64,000 nt of DNA from an uncultured Gemmatimonadaceae bacterium. GTDB lineage: Bacteria; Gemmatimonadota; Gemmatimonadetes; Gemmatimonadales; Gemmatimonadaceae. The position numbers and the translations under genes were made by a program. Below the pieces are notes generated by a model that was not told where the DNA came from, searched no databases, and worked only from the letters and a program-made list of their open reading frames with translations. Where the stretch lies: positions 800,001 through 864,000 of the forward strand of contig CAVXGK010000002.1 of NCBI GenBank assembly GCA_963761305.1, read 5' to 3'. Positions 63,347 to 64,000 of the stretch are shown here, one piece after another. Every line of letters starts with the position of its first letter. Position 1 is the first letter of the stretch.

Positions 63347-64000
63347 ATGCGCGACATGAAGGACGTTCTCGACTTCTACACGAACGCGTCGCTCATCGAG
63401 CTCGGCGCCGAAGCCGATCGCGTGCGGCGCGAGAAGCATCCGCACAACACCGTCACCTACATCGTCGACCGGAACATCAACTACACGAACGTGTGCGTCG
63501 CCGACTGCGGCTTCTGCGCGTTCTACCGGCGGCCGAAGCACAACGAAGGTTGGACGCTGTCGTACGAGCAGATCGGCGCCAAGATCGACGAAGCCAAGCA
63601 GATGGGCGCGATCCAGATTCTCATGCAGGGCGGGCACAACCCGTACATCCCGTTCGAGTGGTATCTGGACCTGCTCAGCTACATCAAGCGCAATCATCCA
63701 ATTCACATTCATGGGTTTTCACCGAGCGAAGTCGACTTCTTCGCCAAGACGTTCCGCATGGACGCCCGCGACGTCATCCGCGAGCTGATGAAGGCCGGGC
63801 TCGACTCGATTCCCGGCGGCGGCGGCGAGATCCTGGTGCAGCGCGTGCGCGACCTCGTCGCGAAAAAGAAGGCCGGCGCCGACCGCTGGCTCGAGATCAT
63901 GGAAATCGCGCACAACGAAGGGATGAAGACGTCGGTCACGATGATGTACGGCATCGGCGAAACGTTAGCCGAGCGCATCGAGCACCTCGAGCGCGTGCGC
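63347..64000 (+). CDS. mqnC: Cyclic dehypoxanthine futalosine synthase MqnC (partial, runs off the window end; alternative ATG 63356)
   Basis: My translation: VTYIVDRNINYTNVCVADCGFCAFYR, ILMQGGHNP, HIHGFSPSE, IPGGGGEIL, TMMYG. Confidence 0.92.
   Translation, partial: MRDMKDVLDFYTNASLIELGAEADRVRREKHPHNTVTYIVDRNINYTNVCVADCGFCAFYRRPKHNEGWTLSYEQIGAKIDEAKQMGAIQILMQGGHNPYIPFEWYLDLLSYIKRNHPIHIHGFSPSEVDFFAKTFRMDARDVIRELMKAGLDSIPGGGGEILVQRVRDLVAKKKAGADRWLEIMEIAHNEGMKTSVTMMYGIGETLAERIEHLERVR

Overview
High-GC bacterial chromosome segment made almost entirely of core genes on the + strand. Gene order and protein style suggest Gemmatimonadota (inference, no search run). Contents in order: partial FHA-like/PrsW-like gene and a secreted histidine phosphatase (both minus); icd-pepA-outer membrane protein; yicC-gmk-rpoZ-coaBC-udg-dnaB; radA-ispD-tsaC-ywlE-like-aroE-comF-gap-pgk-tpiA-secG-carA-HU; moaDEA; mdh-sdhCAB; a GT-C-like membrane protein; a His/Met-motif secreted protein; dcd (minus); a complete nuoA-N operon behind a sigma70 promoter and a Rex-like operator; PMM/PGM-UPF0182-carbamate kinase-sucCD; a secreted tandem-domain protein (minus); ndk; yceD-rpmF-plsX-fabHDG-acpP-fabF-mqnE-mqnA-mqnC (partial). 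nuoL, nuoM and nuoN are broken by many single-base indels confined to about 41.7-45.75 kb, most likely read or assembly error. I found no tRNA, rRNA, CRISPR array, transposase, prophage or defence gene, and I cannot support a clear-cut novel multi-gene system. The best leads are a 182-bp palindromic element between dnaB and radA, a GGTGGACC octamer array inside udg, Bacteroidota-like protein-processing signatures (Gln at +1 in all four predicted secreted proteins, clustered D-S/T motifs), lineage-specific insertions in complex I subunits, and a CX5CX2C motif in MqnE.
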